A stretch of 64,000 nucleotides of DNA from Candidatus Aramenus sp. CH1 (GTDB taxonomy: Archaea; Thermoproteota; Thermoprotei_A; Sulfolobales; Sulfolobaceae): NCBI GenBank assembly GCA_022678445.1, contig JALBWU010000008.1, positions 13,076 through 77,075 on the forward strand, written 5' to 3'. Made by a program: the position numbers and the translations under genes. Shown in pieces: positions 53,127 to 64,000 of this stretch; the first letter of the stretch is position 1; each line of letters opens with the position of its first letter. A model generated the notes under the pieces. The model was not told the origin of the DNA. It saw only the letters and a list, made by a program, of their open reading frames with translations, and searched no databases.

Positions 53127-53699
53127 GTGAAGGAGAAGGAGCTTACCAAGGAGGCCTACGAGGTAGTAGTGCACAGGAGGAGGCCCCTGGGCGTAGAGGT
53201 AGAGGGGTTCCCCGCGTGCGACGTAGGCTGTGGCTCCGGGCAGAACTGTTTAGGGCTGAAGGGGTTTGTGGTGTGCCTCGACTTCGCCGAGAGGCAACTC
53301 CTCGAGGCGAGGAAGAGGGGTTGCCAGTACCTAGTACAAGCAGACATGGAGCACATGCCCTTCAGGGAGGGCGCCTTCCTTACGCTCATGTACATAGCGT
53401 CCTTACACCACTTACCGGAGCCCTCAAGGGCGTTGGAGGAGGCAAAGAGGACCTTGAAGGAGGGGGGAAAGGTAATAGCCACGGTCTGGCTAGTCCAACC
53501 GAGGTTCCTCTTCAGGAGGAATGCGTTGGTGAAGTCCAGGGTAAACGGGAGGGTGGTCTACCGCTTCTACCACTTCTTCCTCCCCTGGGAGCTCTGCAGG
53601 CTCTTCAGGGAGGAGAGCTTTTCCGTGGAGGAGTGCAGGAACTACAGGGTAAGGTCAGTCCTACCTAACAACACCTTGTGCGTTGCGACCAAGAAGTAA
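53127..53699 (+). CDS. Class I SAM-dependent methyltransferase, Trm9/ALKBH8-like
   Basis: DVGCGSG, ADMEHMPF, IASLHHL, ATVW and VYRFYHFF motifs. Confidence 0.75.
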   Translation: MKEKELTKEAYEVVVHRRRPLGVEVEGFPACDVGCGSGQNCLGLKGFVVCLDFAERQLLEARKRGCQYLVQADMEHMPFREGAFLTLMYIASLHHLPEPSRALEEAKRTLKEGGKVIATVWLVQPRFLFRRNALVKSRVNGRVVYRFYHFFLPWELCRLFREESFSVEECRNYRVRSVLPNNTLCVATKK

Positions 53700-53748
53700 A
53701 TATAAGCCATGTAGCATGTATTACTACATGGAATCGCAACCAGGGTTT

Positions 53749-54219
53749 ATGGACAACAAGATAAGGGAATGGCTACAGTCCCTAGGGTACTCCGTGAGCA
53801 ACCATCCCCAAGCTAAGGAACCGTTCAACGTGGTAGTTTCCCCTCCCCAAGGGGGACCAGTACTAAACGTGATAAGGCCGACGCCTGAGGGGAGGTTCTA
53901 CGTCATCACCATGGGCATAGGCATCCACCCAATGCACCAGAACGCCTTGAGGGACATGAAGGAGAAAGAGAGGAGGGAGTTCCTGAGCGAGCTGAAGTAC
54001 GACCTCCTAAAGATGGGGGTGGACTTCGCCTTCCTCCCAGTGAACCAGGAGACCCCGCAGATAGTCCAAGTGTCAAGGCTCGTCCTATCGGAGTTGTTGA
54101 CGCCAAACGAGTTCTTGAACTCCTTCTTCGTCGTGAGGAACGCTGGCCTACTCGTGATACTCAAGATCTCCGATAAGTTCGGCAACGTGGCTCCACCTCA
54201 GCCCTATAGGTATATATGA
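53749..54219 (+). CDS. DUF2299-like hypothetical protein
   Basis: IREWLQSLG..PFNVVVSPP..LKMGVDF pattern. Confidence 0.65.
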   Translation: MDNKIREWLQSLGYSVSNHPQAKEPFNVVVSPPQGGPVLNVIRPTPEGRFYVITMGIGIHPMHQNALRDMKEKERREFLSELKYDLLKMGVDFAFLPVNQETPQIVQVSRLVLSELLTPNEFLNSFFVVRNAGLLVILKISDKFGNVAPPQPYRYI

Positions 54220-54226
54220 ATTTTTA

Positions 54227-54505
54227 ATGACTGCCGAGAACAAGTTAGTCATGGAAAAGTGGTTAGAGGAGGGGTACAAGGAGCTCCTCAAGTTCGCGGA
54301 CGAGGCCTATGCCTTCCAGAATGAAGACGAGTACGTCCTAGTTGGGATAAAGGCTACCTCGTGCATGGAGAAGACCAAGATAATCGACAAGGTGCTGGAC
54401 AAGGTGTACCAGTACGGAAACGAGTTTTACCTCTCCGTCATAATCACCGACAGGGAGAACTTCGAAAAAATCAAGGAAAAACTTGGGAAACAGCTCATCC
54501 CGTAG
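54227..54505 (+). CDS. Hypothetical protein
   Basis: 92-aa ORF co-oriented with the upstream gene. Confidence 0.6.
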   Translation: MTAENKLVMEKWLEEGYKELLKFADEAYAFQNEDEYVLVGIKATSCMEKTKIIDKVLDKVYQYGNEFYLSVIITDRENFEKIKEKLGKQLIP

Positions 54506-54506
54506 G

Positions 54507-54671
54507 TCATTCCGTGGGCATTCCCTTTGGCCCTTCCCTCAAGTACCTCTCGGGGTCCTTCTCAAACGCCCTCTTACAATGGGCACTGCAGAAGTAGTAC
54601 ACTTTGGCCTTGTACATGGTCTTGTACTGAGAGGTCTCGTCCACCTCCATTCCGCATACCGGGTCTATCAT
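54507..54671 (-). CDS. YHS/TRASH metal-binding protein (copper-chaperone-like)
   Basis: MIDPVCGMEV..YYFCSAHCKRAFEKDPERY; the true start is far inside the ORF-track frame. Confidence 0.88.
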   Translation of the reverse strand: MIDPVCGMEVDETSQYKTMYKAKVYYFCSAHCKRAFEKDPERYLREGPKGMPTE

Positions 54672-54765
54672 ATGACAGTAGGTGACATCGCCAGTATTAT
54701 GCGTTAATGTTTCCACTTGTTTCTGAGTACCTCGACTTATAACCTCCACTTGAAATAAAGACCAC

Positions 54766-55281
54766 ATGGATAAAGAAACAGATGAGGTCAGACTCACCGA
54801 CTTGGAGTACAGGGTACTCCAGATACTCAGGGAGGACGCCAGGACTCCTGGCTCTAAGATAGCAAAGCAACTTGGGATAAGCAGAGTCACGATCTCCAGG
54901 GTAGTGAGATCGCTGAAGCAAAAGGGGGTGAAGTTCGAGGCCAGGCTGAACGAGGAAGAGCTGGTGGCAGTGGTCACTTCAGACTCCTGCCTGTCGGAGG
55001 AGTGCTTCAAGGTCATAACCGGGGAGTTCGTCTCCATAGTGAGGGGGCATGACCTTTCTGAGATAGAGAAAAAGCTTGAAGGGGCAAGGCCACTCTCCGT
55101 AATCCTAGGGCGCACGCTAGGCAAGAGGGTGGTGAGGGAGTCCCTCCGTTGCGACTACTGTGGAGGGAAAATAGAAGGAGAACCAATTACCTATAAGCTG
55201 GGGAGGAAGACGTATTACGCTTGCTGTAGGGCTTGCTACGAGGGGTTAAGGGAAAAGCTACAGAGGAGATCAGCCAGTTAG
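54766..55281 (+). CDS. Lrp/AsnC-type HTH regulator with C-terminal TRASH domain (CopR/CopT-like)
   Basis: LREDART..IAKQLGISR HTH; CDYCGGKI..YYACCRAC. Confidence 0.85.
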   Translation: MDKETDEVRLTDLEYRVLQILREDARTPGSKIAKQLGISRVTISRVVRSLKQKGVKFEARLNEEELVAVVTSDSCLSEECFKVITGEFVSIVRGHDLSEIEKKLEGARPLSVILGRTLGKRVVRESLRCDYCGGKIEGEPITYKLGRKTYYACCRACYEGLREKLQRRSAS

Positions 55282-56186
55282 CACAATAGCTGACTTGACC
55301 TTGTAGTTGACGACTATGCCCTTAAGTTGTCTTTCTACCATAACTATGGAGAACCTCAATATTCCCTCGTAGGCCTCGCTCCCCGGATTGACCACCACAG
55401 TGCCACCTACCTTGTCTGTAGCCCACGATTCGTGTATGTGACCGTGGAGCCCAAGGAGAGGTCTATACTCGTTTATTAGATCCCTCACTGCCCTAGACCC
55501 TACGTGTACCCTCTTTCCATCCACGAAAGCCTGGTCCAGCTTCGTGTCATAGGGAGGGGCGTGGAAGTTCAGGATCGCCTTTGAGGGGTCTAGCCTCGAC
55601 AAGTAGTCCTTTCCCTTTATAAGTATATCTCAGTGTCCGTTTTCTCCCTGTAAGAGTGGAAGGGGGTCTCGTTAACGTAGCCGTAGCTGACTACTTGCAG
55701 GGAGTTACTGCCCTCGCCTACCTCCTCTATCCCCTCCACCTTGATACTCCTCTCCGAGAACGCCTTGTCTATGTAGAGGGGGTCGTCGTTGCCTACGCTC
55801 CATATGACCTTGACCTTGGTCCCCTTTAGCTTTTCCTCGGCGATGTCCAACCACTTTGCCACTTGTTGGGTGGTAAACTGGGCGTACACTTTCTCTTGTA
55901 CCTCTGGCTTGGCCAACAATTCCTCTACCTCGCTCCTCTCCCCCACGAACACGTAATAGCCAGTAGTCTTGCCTTCCTCCACTAATTCCTCGACGTTGAC
56001 CTCCTTTCCCTCGTGGAAGAACTGGTTTCCCTGCCTAACGACAGGGACTACTTTCTTTGCCACAAGGTCTCCTCCAATTACGAGGTAGTCTACGCCGTAG
56101 ATCTTAGAGGCGTTTAGTGCCTTTCTGAACACTACCTCTGAACCGTGTATGTCGGTCACGAACAACAGTTTAAGGTCTTTCGCCAT
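55270..56186 (-). pseudogene. Calcineurin-like metallophosphoesterase with in-frame TAA
   Basis: TDIHGS, GGDL, GNDD, then HAPPY and GLHGHIHES in the same frame; TAA at 55619-55617. Confidence 0.8.
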
Positions 56187-56388
56187 TTGACCTCAAATCA
56201 TGTTATTTTCTATTTAAGCTTTTCAGGATTCCTTTAAGAAACTTTTCTTTTGCTAAAGCAAGAGAGACGCGTTTTTGCCAAAAAATTTCCAACACGACAT
56301 CCGAATTTTTATTTAGTTTTTACGATTACAAAACGAAAAACCTTTTTTCGGAAAAGTATTTTACTCTTGGCAGAGCTCTAATTCCCTA

Positions 56389-56892
56389 ATGAACAAATTA
56401 ACTAAGATAGGAATAGTGGTGGCGGTGGCAGGGCTACTTGTGCTCTTCATCGTCTCTCCCCTTTTGGCTTACCAAGAGTCGACCGGCATAGCGTCACAGC
56501 TTTCCAGGAACTTGAGGGACTTAAACGTCACCCCCGGCACGACTATCGCGGTGACCTACGACGGGGAAAGTAACGGCAGTATCTTTGTTCTCGTCTACAA
56601 CACCTCCTCCTTTTTACCTCTCCACGTCGCTATCCCCCAGTCGTCAAAGTACTTTGAAAACGCCCAGAACGGAACGTTTTTCTACTACGTTTACCCGTCC
56701 AAGGGGCAGGTGAACATAACCAACAACCAGACGGAAGCCCAGAGGGTCTTCTACTCTTATGGCTACATACCGGAGAGCGGTCTAATGCTGATAGAGGTGA
56801 CTGGGTACTTGGGCATGGCCCTCCTCATAGCGGGGATAGCGGTTGGAGTCTTAGGGTTCTTCAGGGATAGGTTTGGGAAGAGGCAAGCGTAA
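56389..56892 (+). CDS. Hypothetical membrane protein with N- and C-terminal TM helices
   Basis: Hydrophobic termini and an Asn-rich central domain with several NxS/T sequons. Confidence 0.7.
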   Translation: MNKLTKIGIVVAVAGLLVLFIVSPLLAYQESTGIASQLSRNLRDLNVTPGTTIAVTYDGESNGSIFVLVYNTSSFLPLHVAIPQSSKYFENAQNGTFFYYVYPSKGQVNITNNQTEAQRVFYSYGYIPESGLMLIEVTGYLGMALLIAGIAVGVLGFFRDRFGKRQA

Positions 56893-56924
56893 GCGAGGCA
56901 ACGGGCCCACATACTGCTTCTCAG

Positions 56925-58169
56925 TCATCCCTCCTCTATGTACTTGAACAGCCACGCAGAAACGAAGAGGAGGACACCAGCTACGGCGAAGTCTGTCGCG
57001 AACTTGAGGTAGTGGGAGACGTAGCCGGACAGCAGGGAGCCCAAGAAGAGGGCTATCCCCACTAGAGTGCTGTAGACGCCCAAGCCAGTCCCCTGCCTCC
57101 TCTCCCCGACTGCCTTGAATATCAAGGTGTTCGAGGCGGAATAGTACAGGGAGAAGGCTAGTCCCGCCGCCAGGGGGTAAAACACGGCGTTGATGGAAAA
57201 GAGCAACTCAGGAAACACGGTCGACGCGCCCATAACCACATAGCTCGACCCCCTCAACACCAATGCCCTAAAAGCCGTTTCTCTCTCGTCGAACTTCTCC
57301 AGCACCTTTCCCGCTAAGTGAAAGGAAACGATCTGCACTAGCATACCCTCCGTTATTATCCCCAACACCACAGACTTGTCCAATCCCTCTTGGTACAGCC
57401 CTACGGGGTACACAGTGTTGAAGAGCCCGCTGGACACGTAGAATATGAATATTGCCAAGTAAAGTAGAGGCAGGTAGTTTATGGGCTTCTTGGTAAGCCT
57501 GGAGAGCTTGAACATCTTAAAGTGGTGTATTGAGGGTATGTGGAGGAAGATTAAGGGGAGCATCTTCAGCCTCGTCATGAAGGACTCCTTGTGGTGGACT
57601 ATGCTCGTCCTCTCTATCCCTATGATCGATTTAGGCGTGTAGACCAACGACGTAGTCACTGCCAGGAGTCCGAAGCCAGTGAGCACCAGGAATATCTGGA
57701 ATATCCTGAGAAAGTTCACCGCAACCGTGGAGATCACGAACCCAGCGAGGGAACCTATGGACGAGAGCATGGAGAGCCTTGAGAAGTTGTAGGCCCACTT
57801 GGCCTTCTCGCTCGTCTCCATCACCAACAAGTTCATTGGCGTAGAGTAGGACACGCTGAAGAACGTGAAGAGAGCATACAGTGAGGTTATCGCCACTATC
57901 GTCCTAGAGAAGGACATTGCCAGGAGGGACAAGGTGGAGGCGACGAAGCCAAGGACTATGAGCTTCCTCAAGTTGAACCTGTCCGCCATCATCCCCCAGA
58001 GCATGGATGCAGGTATTAACACCACGTTTGATAGGGTGATGGCGTAGGCAACGTCAATGGAGTTCCCGCCAAGGCCCAAGATCTCCAGGGTCACTAAGGT
58101 AGATAGGGGCCCGCTGGCGACTCCGAAGAAAAGGGCGGAGTACATCCACCTCGTGTCTCTTTTTATCAC
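56925..58169 (-). CDS. MFS transporter
   Basis: [12 protein letters not shown] motif A, about 12 TM helices. Confidence 0.85.
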   Translation of the reverse strand: MIKRDTRWMYSALFFGVASGPLSTLVTLEILGLGGNSIDVAYAITLSNVVLIPASMLWGMMADRFNLRKLIVLGFVASTLSLLAMSFSRTIVAITSLYALFTFFSVSYSTPMNLLVMETSEKAKWAYNFSRLSMLSSIGSLAGFVISTVAVNFLRIFQIFLVLTGFGLLAVTTSLVYTPKSIIGIERTSIVHHKESFMTRLKMLPLIFLHIPSIHHFKMFKLSRLTKKPINYLPLLYLAIFIFYVSSGLFNTVYPVGLYQEGLDKSVVLGIITEGMLVQIVSFHLAGKVLEKFDERETAFRALVLRGSSYVVMGASTVFPELLFSINAVFYPLAAGLAFSLYYSASNTLIFKAVGERRQGTGLGVYSTLVGIALFLGSLLSGYVSHYLKFATDFAVAGVLLFVSAWLFKYIEEG

Positions 58170-58222
58170 ATCAATTCGTGTTTAAACAAGCTATGAAGAT
58201 TATAAAATAAACTATTAGGTTA

Positions 58223-59932
58223 TTACACCTTTACCCTCACCTTGACGTTAAGGATAGGGCCACCAAACTTCCCCCTTTTCGGCGAGACTACCGCGTTAAC
58301 TGAAATTCCTTCGCTGTTCTTGAGCGAGGACTTGAACAGGAAGTAAACTCCGCTGGGGACTCCTTGTTCCCTTTTGAACGTGACCTTAACCTTCCCCGCC
58401 TCCGTGACTAAGTAGCCCTCCCCCTCGTATCTAGAGTTGTAGACAACTGCAGTCCTATCTCCGTAGACCTCCTTGAACTGACTGTTGGTGTAGTTGGGGT
58501 GGGCTGAGTAGACCAAGGTGTCGCCTTCCGGTACCTCCAGCATCGAGGGAGTTGGTATGAGAGGCTTGAAGCGGTACTCGACCTTTGGGGAGAGCTTTAC
58601 CACTTTCTCCCTCTTGAGCTCCTCCACCGTGACCCCAGTGCCCTTCAACGCCACCTCGAGCGCCGTCCAGGGGTCTTCCTCTAGGAGTGGATGGGAGACC
58701 CCGAGCTTCCTAGCCAGCATCCCCATGAGTTTCACCTCGCTTACTCCCTTCTTGGGGAGGATAGGCTCGTTGTAGACTAAGTACTGATGCCAGTAACTGT
58801 ACACCACGTCCTCCTTCTCTAGGAAGGTAGGGGCTGGGATGACAGCATTGGCTACCTTGGCTGTCTCGGACCAGAACGGGTCGTGGACTACTAAGGTGAC
58901 CTCGCCCTCCTCTACCGCCTCCCTTATCAAGTTGCCCCCGGGCAGGGAGATCACGGGGTTAGCGTTCCACACAAAGATGAGTTTGAACTCCTTTACCCTC
59001 GCCCCCACTTCTGCCATGCTCACTACCTTTGACGGCTTCGCCAAGTGTATCCCCCTCAAGTAGCTGAAGTCTATGCCTAGGCCTTGGCTGTTGGAGTAGA
59101 AGAACCCCCTATCTATGCCTAGGTAGTGGGGGATCTGGGAGATCACGCTTATTGCGTACCCCCCGTTGACGCTCCTGCCCAAGGCGAAGCCAATTACGGT
59201 CAAGGGCCTCATCTCCTGGTACACGTCGGCAAGCTCTTCCATCTCCTCCACTGGGACTCCAGTGACCCTGGACAGGTGGTCTAGGTCGTAGAACTCCAAG
59301 TTGGGCACTCCCTTGATGGCCCCCCTAGCATGGAGCACCTTTAGCACGCCTATGGCCAAGAAGACGTCAGTCCCTGGCTTGACTATGACGTACTTGTCGC
59401 TCCTCTTCGCCGTCTCGCTCAGCCTGACGTCCACCGAGACCTTATACTTGTCTCTGAGCAACGCCCACCCGTGTACGAAGCTTATCGCAGCCTCGCTCCC
59501 CCAGAACACCACTGCCTTGAACTTGGCGAAGTCCTCTGGGAGAGCCCCGAAACTAGTCCCGTATACTGTCTTAATTGCTTCGTGTCCCTCTAGACTACAG
59601 ATAGAATAGTCTGTACTGCTCGCCCCCAAGACGTTCCAGAGCCTAGCTGGGTAGTACCAAGTGAGGAGCCCTTGGTTCCCATCGTAGTCCACGTGGATGA
59701 TCTTGGACTTGTCGTCTATGCCCTTGATTACCTTTGCCACGTAGTCCAGGGCCTCCTCTAAGGAGACCTCCTTGCCCTCCACCATTGGCGAACCTACCCT
59801 GTTCCTGAAGTTCCTCTTTAGGTCCGCGATACCCCTAGAGCAGGTGAAGCCGTTGACTGGGAACAGCTTCAAGGGCCTATACTCCTCGTCGAATATGCAC
59901 GTATCGTAGCAGTCCCTAGTACACGCTATCAT
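58223..59932 (-). CDS. Molybdopterin-dependent oxidoreductase, compact catalytic subunit
   Basis: [16 protein letters not shown]-terminal motif, [25 protein letters not shown]. Confidence 0.85.
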   Translation of the reverse strand: MIACTRDCYDTCIFDEEYRPLKLFPVNGFTCSRGIADLKRNFRNRVGSPMVEGKEVSLEEALDYVAKVIKGIDDKSKIIHVDYDGNQGLLTWYYPARLWNVLGASSTDYSICSLEGHEAIKTVYGTSFGALPEDFAKFKAVVFWGSEAAISFVHGWALLRDKYKVSVDVRLSETAKRSDKYVIVKPGTDVFLAIGVLKVLHARGAIKGVPNLEFYDLDHLSRVTGVPVEEMEELADVYQEMRPLTVIGFALGRSVNGGYAISVISQIPHYLGIDRGFFYSNSQGLGIDFSYLRGIHLAKPSKVVSMAEVGARVKEFKLIFVWNANPVISLPGGNLIREAVEEGEVTLVVHDPFWSETAKVANAVIPAPTFLEKEDVVYSYWHQYLVYNEPILPKKGVSEVKLMGMLARKLGVSHPLLEEDPWTALEVALKGTGVTVEELKREKVVKLSPKVEYRFKPLIPTPSMLEVPEGDTLVYSAHPNYTNSQFKEVYGDRTAVVYNSRYEGEGYLVTEAGKVKVTFKREQGVPSGVYFLFKSSLKNSEGISVNAVVSPKRGKFGGPILNVKVRVKV

Positions 59933-59983
59933 GATGGAAGATGGACATGGAAAAATAAAAGCCTAAGTTACAAATACCACCTG

Positions 59984-60580
59984 ATGGACAGGGCTGAAGC
60001 AATCCTCGAGGCGTACAAACAGAGGAAGGCAATAGACCCCTTCCCCCTGACGGAGGAGGAAGCAAAGGAGGTGGGGAAGAAGTTCGCCGAGGCTTTGGTG
60101 TCAATGGAGGGGCTTGGGGGCTACAAGATAGCCAAGGGCGGGATAGTTGGAGTGCTCACCAAGAAGATGATAACCACTAAGGACGAGGTCGAGCTGTGGT
60201 TTCCCACGCACAAGCTTGAGGTAGAGATAATAGCACTAGTCAAGGGAGGAAATGTGGAGAAGACCTTCCTGGGATTGGAGCTCCCAGCTACCAGGTTCAA
60301 GACTTGGGATCTAGGGAGGGAGTACGTCATAGCGGACGACGCTTTTGCCGGTAGGCTCTACGTGGGCAAGGAGGTCAACCCTCCCTTTGGGACGTTCAAG
60401 CTAATAGTGAACGGTAAGTTCGTGGTGGAGGGAGCGCCAACCTATTCTCCCAGGGAAGTGGTAAAACCTTACATGGAAGGTTATGTGGCGTTGGGCGCTT
60501 TCATCGGTCCCCTTAAGCTGAGCAAGGGGGACGTGATAAGAGTGGAGGGTAAAAAGACAATTAACGTGAGGGTGGTCTAG
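59984..60580 (+). CDS. 2-keto-4-pentenoate hydratase-like (FAH superfamily)
   Basis: [20 protein letters not shown]. Confidence 0.6.
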   Translation: MDRAEAILEAYKQRKAIDPFPLTEEEAKEVGKKFAEALVSMEGLGGYKIAKGGIVGVLTKKMITTKDEVELWFPTHKLEVEIIALVKGGNVEKTFLGLELPATRFKTWDLGREYVIADDAFAGRLYVGKEVNPPFGTFKLIVNGKFVVEGAPTYSPREVVKPYMEGYVALGAFIGPLKLSKGDVIRVEGKKTINVRVV

Positions 60581-61965
60581 CTCTCGTATTCCACTGGGTC
60601 CTTGAGCCCGTTTATCCTGAAGGCTGTCTTCCTCATATAGCATGGCCCACACTTACCGCAGTGCTTCTCCCCTCCCTCGTAACAGCTCCAAGTCAAGTGG
60701 AGGGGTGCCCCTATCTCCACCCCAAGCCTCACTATCTCGTGCTTCACCAAGTTCCCCACTGGCATTAACACTTCCACCTTCTTGTTGGGCCCAGTGACGT
60801 AGGGGGAGAGCCTGTTGAAGAGCCTCATGAGCTCCATCTCGTTGTCCGGGTAGGCCCCGGACTCCTCCAAGTTTATCCCAGCTGCAACTGCGTCGTAGCC
60901 TTGAGCCTCAGCTATGCCCAAAGCGACGGTGAGGAATATTGAGTTCCTTGCGGGGACCCACTCGTGGGCGAACTCGGCTCCTTCCTCCCCGTTCCTGTCC
61001 TTCACTATCTCCCCTCCTCCCTTCAGCAGGGTGGAGTTCCCAATTACCCTGAAGAGCTCCGTGTCGAGCTCTATTAAGGGGACGTGGAGGTACTCGGCTA
61101 TCTTCCTCACTGCCTCCCTCTCCCTCTCCTCGGCCTTGTGTCTGTAGTTGAAGTGTAGCAACGTCACTTCGTACCCTTCCCTCAGGAGCTTTGTAGCTGC
61201 TACCGTTGAGTCGAGGCCCCCGCTGGCTATTACCAGCGCCCTCTTCCTCTTTTGTTCAAGGAGGGGCAACTCCGTGAACTCCTTCTGCTTAGTCACCTCC
61301 ACTACGCTGTAGGGCTTCAGCTTTGTGACGTTGACTGGGTCGAAGGGACCCACCTCGAAGTAGTCGTCAAGCGAGGAAAAGAACACCGCGTTTAAGGAGA
61401 CGTCGTACGCCATGTAGACTGGCTTGAAGTTCTGGGCTATGAAGATCCTGTCAGGCCTCTTCCTGTCAGCGATAATGAAGGCGAAGCTCCCCCTTACCTC
61501 GGAGAGCAACTTCCTGAGGCCCTCCAAGCTTCCGTCCCAAGCCTTATCTAGGAGTGGGGGGATTACGGCTGAATCGATTTTGGTCTTCCTAGTGAGCTTG
61601 TACTTTACCTCGAGCTCTTGGTCGTTGGCTATTATTCCGTTGTGCGTTACTACGTACCTCTCCCCCACGAATGGCTGGATGTCTTCTTGGGTCTTCTGTC
61701 TGACGTACTCTGTAGTGGGCTCTGCCCTGTTGTTAGCCACCACCACGAAGGTGTCCTCGCTCAAAATACCCCTAAGCTTCTCCTCCTGAGTGGAGGGCCT
61801 ACCGAGGGACTTCACAACGTTGACTGACCCGTCCATGTTTATGGCCACTACCCCAAAGCTGTCCCTTCCCCTGTCCTCAGCCTTGGCTAGGATCCTAGCT
61901 AGCTTCCTCTCCGCTTGCTTGTAGTCTGCTCCTTCCAATAAGATAACTCCACTAACGCTACACAA
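60577..61965 (-). CDS. queC: GATase-QueC fusion (archaeosine/preQ0 pathway)
   Basis: N-terminal Cys class II GATase (CSVSG, RGRDSFG, NNRAEP, THNG); Que[29 protein letters not shown]. Confidence 0.93.
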   Translation of the reverse strand: MCSVSGVILLEGADYKQAERKLARILAKAEDRGRDSFGVVAINMDGSVNVVKSLGRPSTQEEKLRGILSEDTFVVVANNRAEPTTEYVRQKTQEDIQPFVGERYVVTHNGIIANDQELEVKYKLTRKTKIDSAVIPPLLDKAWDGSLEGLRKLLSEVRGSFAFIIADRKRPDRIFIAQNFKPVYMAYDVSLNAVFFSSLDDYFEVGPFDPVNVTKLKPYSVVEVTKQKEFTELPLLEQKRKRALVIASGGLDSTVAATKLLREGYEVTLLHFNYRHKAEEREREAVRKIAEYLHVPLIELDTELFRVIGNSTLLKGGGEIVKDRNGEEGAEFAHEWVPARNSIFLTVALGIAEAQGYDAVAAGINLEESGAYPDNEMELMRLFNRLSPYVTGPNKKVEVLMPVGNLVKHEIVRLGVEIGAPLHLTWSCYEGGEKHCGKCGPCYMRKTAFRINGLKDPVEYES

Positions 61966-62006
61966 TTTGACCTTACGACATTTTCTCTGGGTAAACTAAA
62001 AAGCTA

Positions 62007-62219
62007 TCACTTCAGCTTCCTGTAGACCAAGTAGAGCTTCACGTAGCCGTTCGGTAGGTCCTCTCCGTCGACTATGGAGTAGTTGTACTTCCTGGCTATC
62101 TCCGGGGACGCCTCCAGTACGCTTTCCGCCACAACCACCTCTACCCTGTCTGCACCTATTGCCTCCTTGGCCTGTAGGTAAGACCTCAGCTCCTCCTTGC
62201 TCTGGATTATCTCAGACAT
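62007..62219 (-). CDS. Small hypothetical protein
   Basis: 70-aa ORF co-oriented upstream of queC. Confidence 0.6.
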   Translation of the reverse strand: MSEIIQSKEELRSYLQAKEAIGADRVEVVVAESVLEASPEIARKYNYSIVDGEDLPNGYVKLYLVYRKLK

Positions 62220-62251
62220 CGTTATAACCTTAGCAGAAGAGGATTAAATAT

Positions 62252-64000
62252 ATGGACATTTTGGAGGAGGTAAAGGAGAGACTTGCCTACTTCAACGCCT
62301 CTGTAGCTCACGTCCACGTTGAGACCGCCCTTGAACCGGACGCTGGGGCATACGTGGACGAACTGCCAGTGGACCCCAAGCTCAAGGAGGTACTGAAGGG
62401 GCTTGGGTTTGCCAGGCTCTACAAGTTCCAGGAGGAGGCGGTCAAGGAGATACTGAAGGGTAAGAACGTACTCATCGTCTCCGGTACTGGGACTGGGAAG
62501 ACGGAGGCGTTCCTCATACCAGTACTCCAGTTCGCGTTGAAGGGCGAGAGGAGCGTCTTGGTCTACCCAACAAAGGCCCTGGCAAGGGATCAGCTCTCCA
62601 GGGTAACGGAGTTCGCCAGGGGCCTAGGCGTAGGGGTTGCGGTGCTAGATGGGGACACCCCAAGGGAGGAGAGGAAGAGGATCTACTCCGATCCTCCAGA
62701 GGTGCTCATCACGAACCCGGACATGATACACAGGGGCTTGACGCTCAGCCCGGACTTCAGGAAGCTGATCAGGGGGAGTGAGCACTTCGTCTTTGACGAG
62801 CTCCACGTCTACGAGGGCGTCCTTGGTTCCCACCTCAGGATGGTGGTGGACAGGATTAGGGAGTTCCAAGGAGACGTGCAAGTGGTCTCATCTAGCGCTA
62901 CAATAGGCGCTTCCCCCTACATGTTAGAGGGACTATTTGGCCTGCCTGGGGAGGTAATATACGGTAGCACCAGGAGGAAGGGGACCGCTTTCCACGTGTT
63001 GGTCAACTCCAATGGGATCAGCAGGTGGACTTTGTCTGCCTTCCTAGCTTCCTTCCTAGTGAAAAAGGGAATGAAGGTCCTAGTGTTCGCGGACTCGCAA
63101 CAGATGGTAGAGCTAACTGCAAAGATAGCCCAAAGGTTTGGCGTAAGCCTTGAGGTGCACAGGGCGGGGATCCTCCCAGAGGAGAGGATGAAGGTAGAGG
63201 AGAGACTGAGGAGGGGGGAAATACCCGGAGTAGTGGCGACCCAGACGCTGGAGCTCGGGATAGACGTCGGCTCAATTGACGCAGTAGTGATGGCTGAGAA
63301 CCCCCCAAGCTACTCCAAGTACCTCCAGAGGGCAGGGAGGGCGGGGAGGAGGAACAGGACTGGGTACGTGTTCACGGTAATGGGCGAAGACCCGATAGAC
63401 TCCTACTTCCTCAGGAGGCCAGAGGAGTTCTTTAACAGAAAGCTGAGCCCTTTGCCCTTTGACATCTCCAACCTCGAGGTAGTAAAAGTCCACGCCTTGG
63501 CCTACTTGCTCGAGAAGAAGGCGGTGAAGCTTGACGAGTTCCCAGAGCTCTGGAGGAAGGCCTTACTAGTCCTAGAGAAGGAAGGCGTAGTGAAAGTAGT
63601 CAACGGCGTGGCCTACTCCACGAGGAAGGCAATGGAGGTGTTCCAGCAGTCGTCCCTCAGGAGCTCTGGGTCCATAGTAAAGGTATACCACGGCGACAAG
63701 AAGGTTGCAGAGAGGGAGCTCCCAGTTGCGTTATACGACCTCTACCCCAATGCCGTTTACTTGGCATCAAAGAGGACTTACGTGGTCGAAAGCCTAGACT
63801 TAGCCAGGCTAGTCGCCAAGGTGAAGAGGGTTGAAGAGGACCTCCCTTACTACACCAAACCGCTCTACTCCGTTGATCTGAAGGAGTTCAAGGAGCTCGA
63901 GAGCAGGAAAGCGTACAACCTACCGGTAAAGTACGGGGAAGTGAGCATAGAGATCTCGGTAAGGGGGTACGTAGTTCACGACATATACTCAAAGAGGGAG
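62252..64000 (+). CDS. DEAD/DEAH-box SF2 helicase (Hrq1/MrfA-like), runs off the window end
   Basis: Read by hand from ATG 62252: YKFQEEA Q motif, [50 protein letters not shown]. Confidence 0.9.
   Translation, partial: MDILEEVKERLAYFNASVAHVHVETALEPDAGAYVDELPVDPKLKEVLKGLGFARLYKFQEEAVKEILKGKNVLIVSGTGTGKTEAFLIPVLQFALKGERSVLVYPTKALARDQLSRVTEFARGLGVGVAVLDGDTPREERKRIYSDPPEVLITNPDMIHRGLTLSPDFRKLIRGSEHFVFDELHVYEGVLGSHLRMVVDRIREFQGDVQVVSSSATIGASPYMLEGLFGLPGEVIYGSTRRKGTAFHVLVNSNGISRWTLSAFLASFLVKKGMKVLVFADSQQMVELTAKIAQRFGVSLEVHRAGILPEERMKVEERLRRGEIPGVVATQTLELGIDVGSIDAVVMAENPPSYSKYLQRAGRAGRRNRTGYVFTVMGEDPIDSYFLRRPEEFFNRKLSPLPFDISNLEVVKVHALAYLLEKKAVKLDEFPELWRKALLVLEKEGVVKVVNGVAYSTRKAMEVFQQSSLRSSGSIVKVYHGDKKVAERELPVALYDLYPNAVYLASKRTYVVESLDLARLVAKVKRVEEDLPYYTKPLYSVDLKEFKELESRKAYNLPVKYGEVSIEISVRGYVVHDIYSKRE

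Noticed and set aside
54672-55124. 205-aa ORF-track frame upstream of the YHS domain
   Set aside because: It is a shadow of the TRASH regulator on the opposite strand; only the last 54 aa carry the YHS motif

Overview
This is archaeal chromosomal DNA from the order Sulfolobales (inferred from thermopsin, GATase-QueC, PolB2/Dpo2, a Sulfolobus-type KDG aldolase and mostly leaderless BRE/TATA promoters). It is dense with transporters, catabolic enzymes and tRNA-modification genes (ThiI, Elp3, a Trm9-like methyltransferase, GATase-QueC). No CRISPR array, rRNA or tRNA was recognised. Spot counts suggest about 55% GC in the core and about 35-45% from roughly 16.5 to 23.3 kb; that AT-richer block follows a decayed IS200/IS605 tnpB and carries a three-gene PolB2 damage-response cassette. 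The most unusual signal is that both downstream genes of this cassette lack a canonical start at the expected place and have ACG 6-7 nt after a GAGGTG Shine-Dalgarno, silent in the overlapping upstream gene. Other highlights are a coupled polyphosphate operon (sixA-ppx-two dTMP-kinase-like PPK3-type genes-CHAD) whose ppx carries two lesions, two unannotated small ORFs (22 aa and 57 aa), two candidate structured RNAs, and at least seven interrupted genes. Some single-base indels could be assembly errors.
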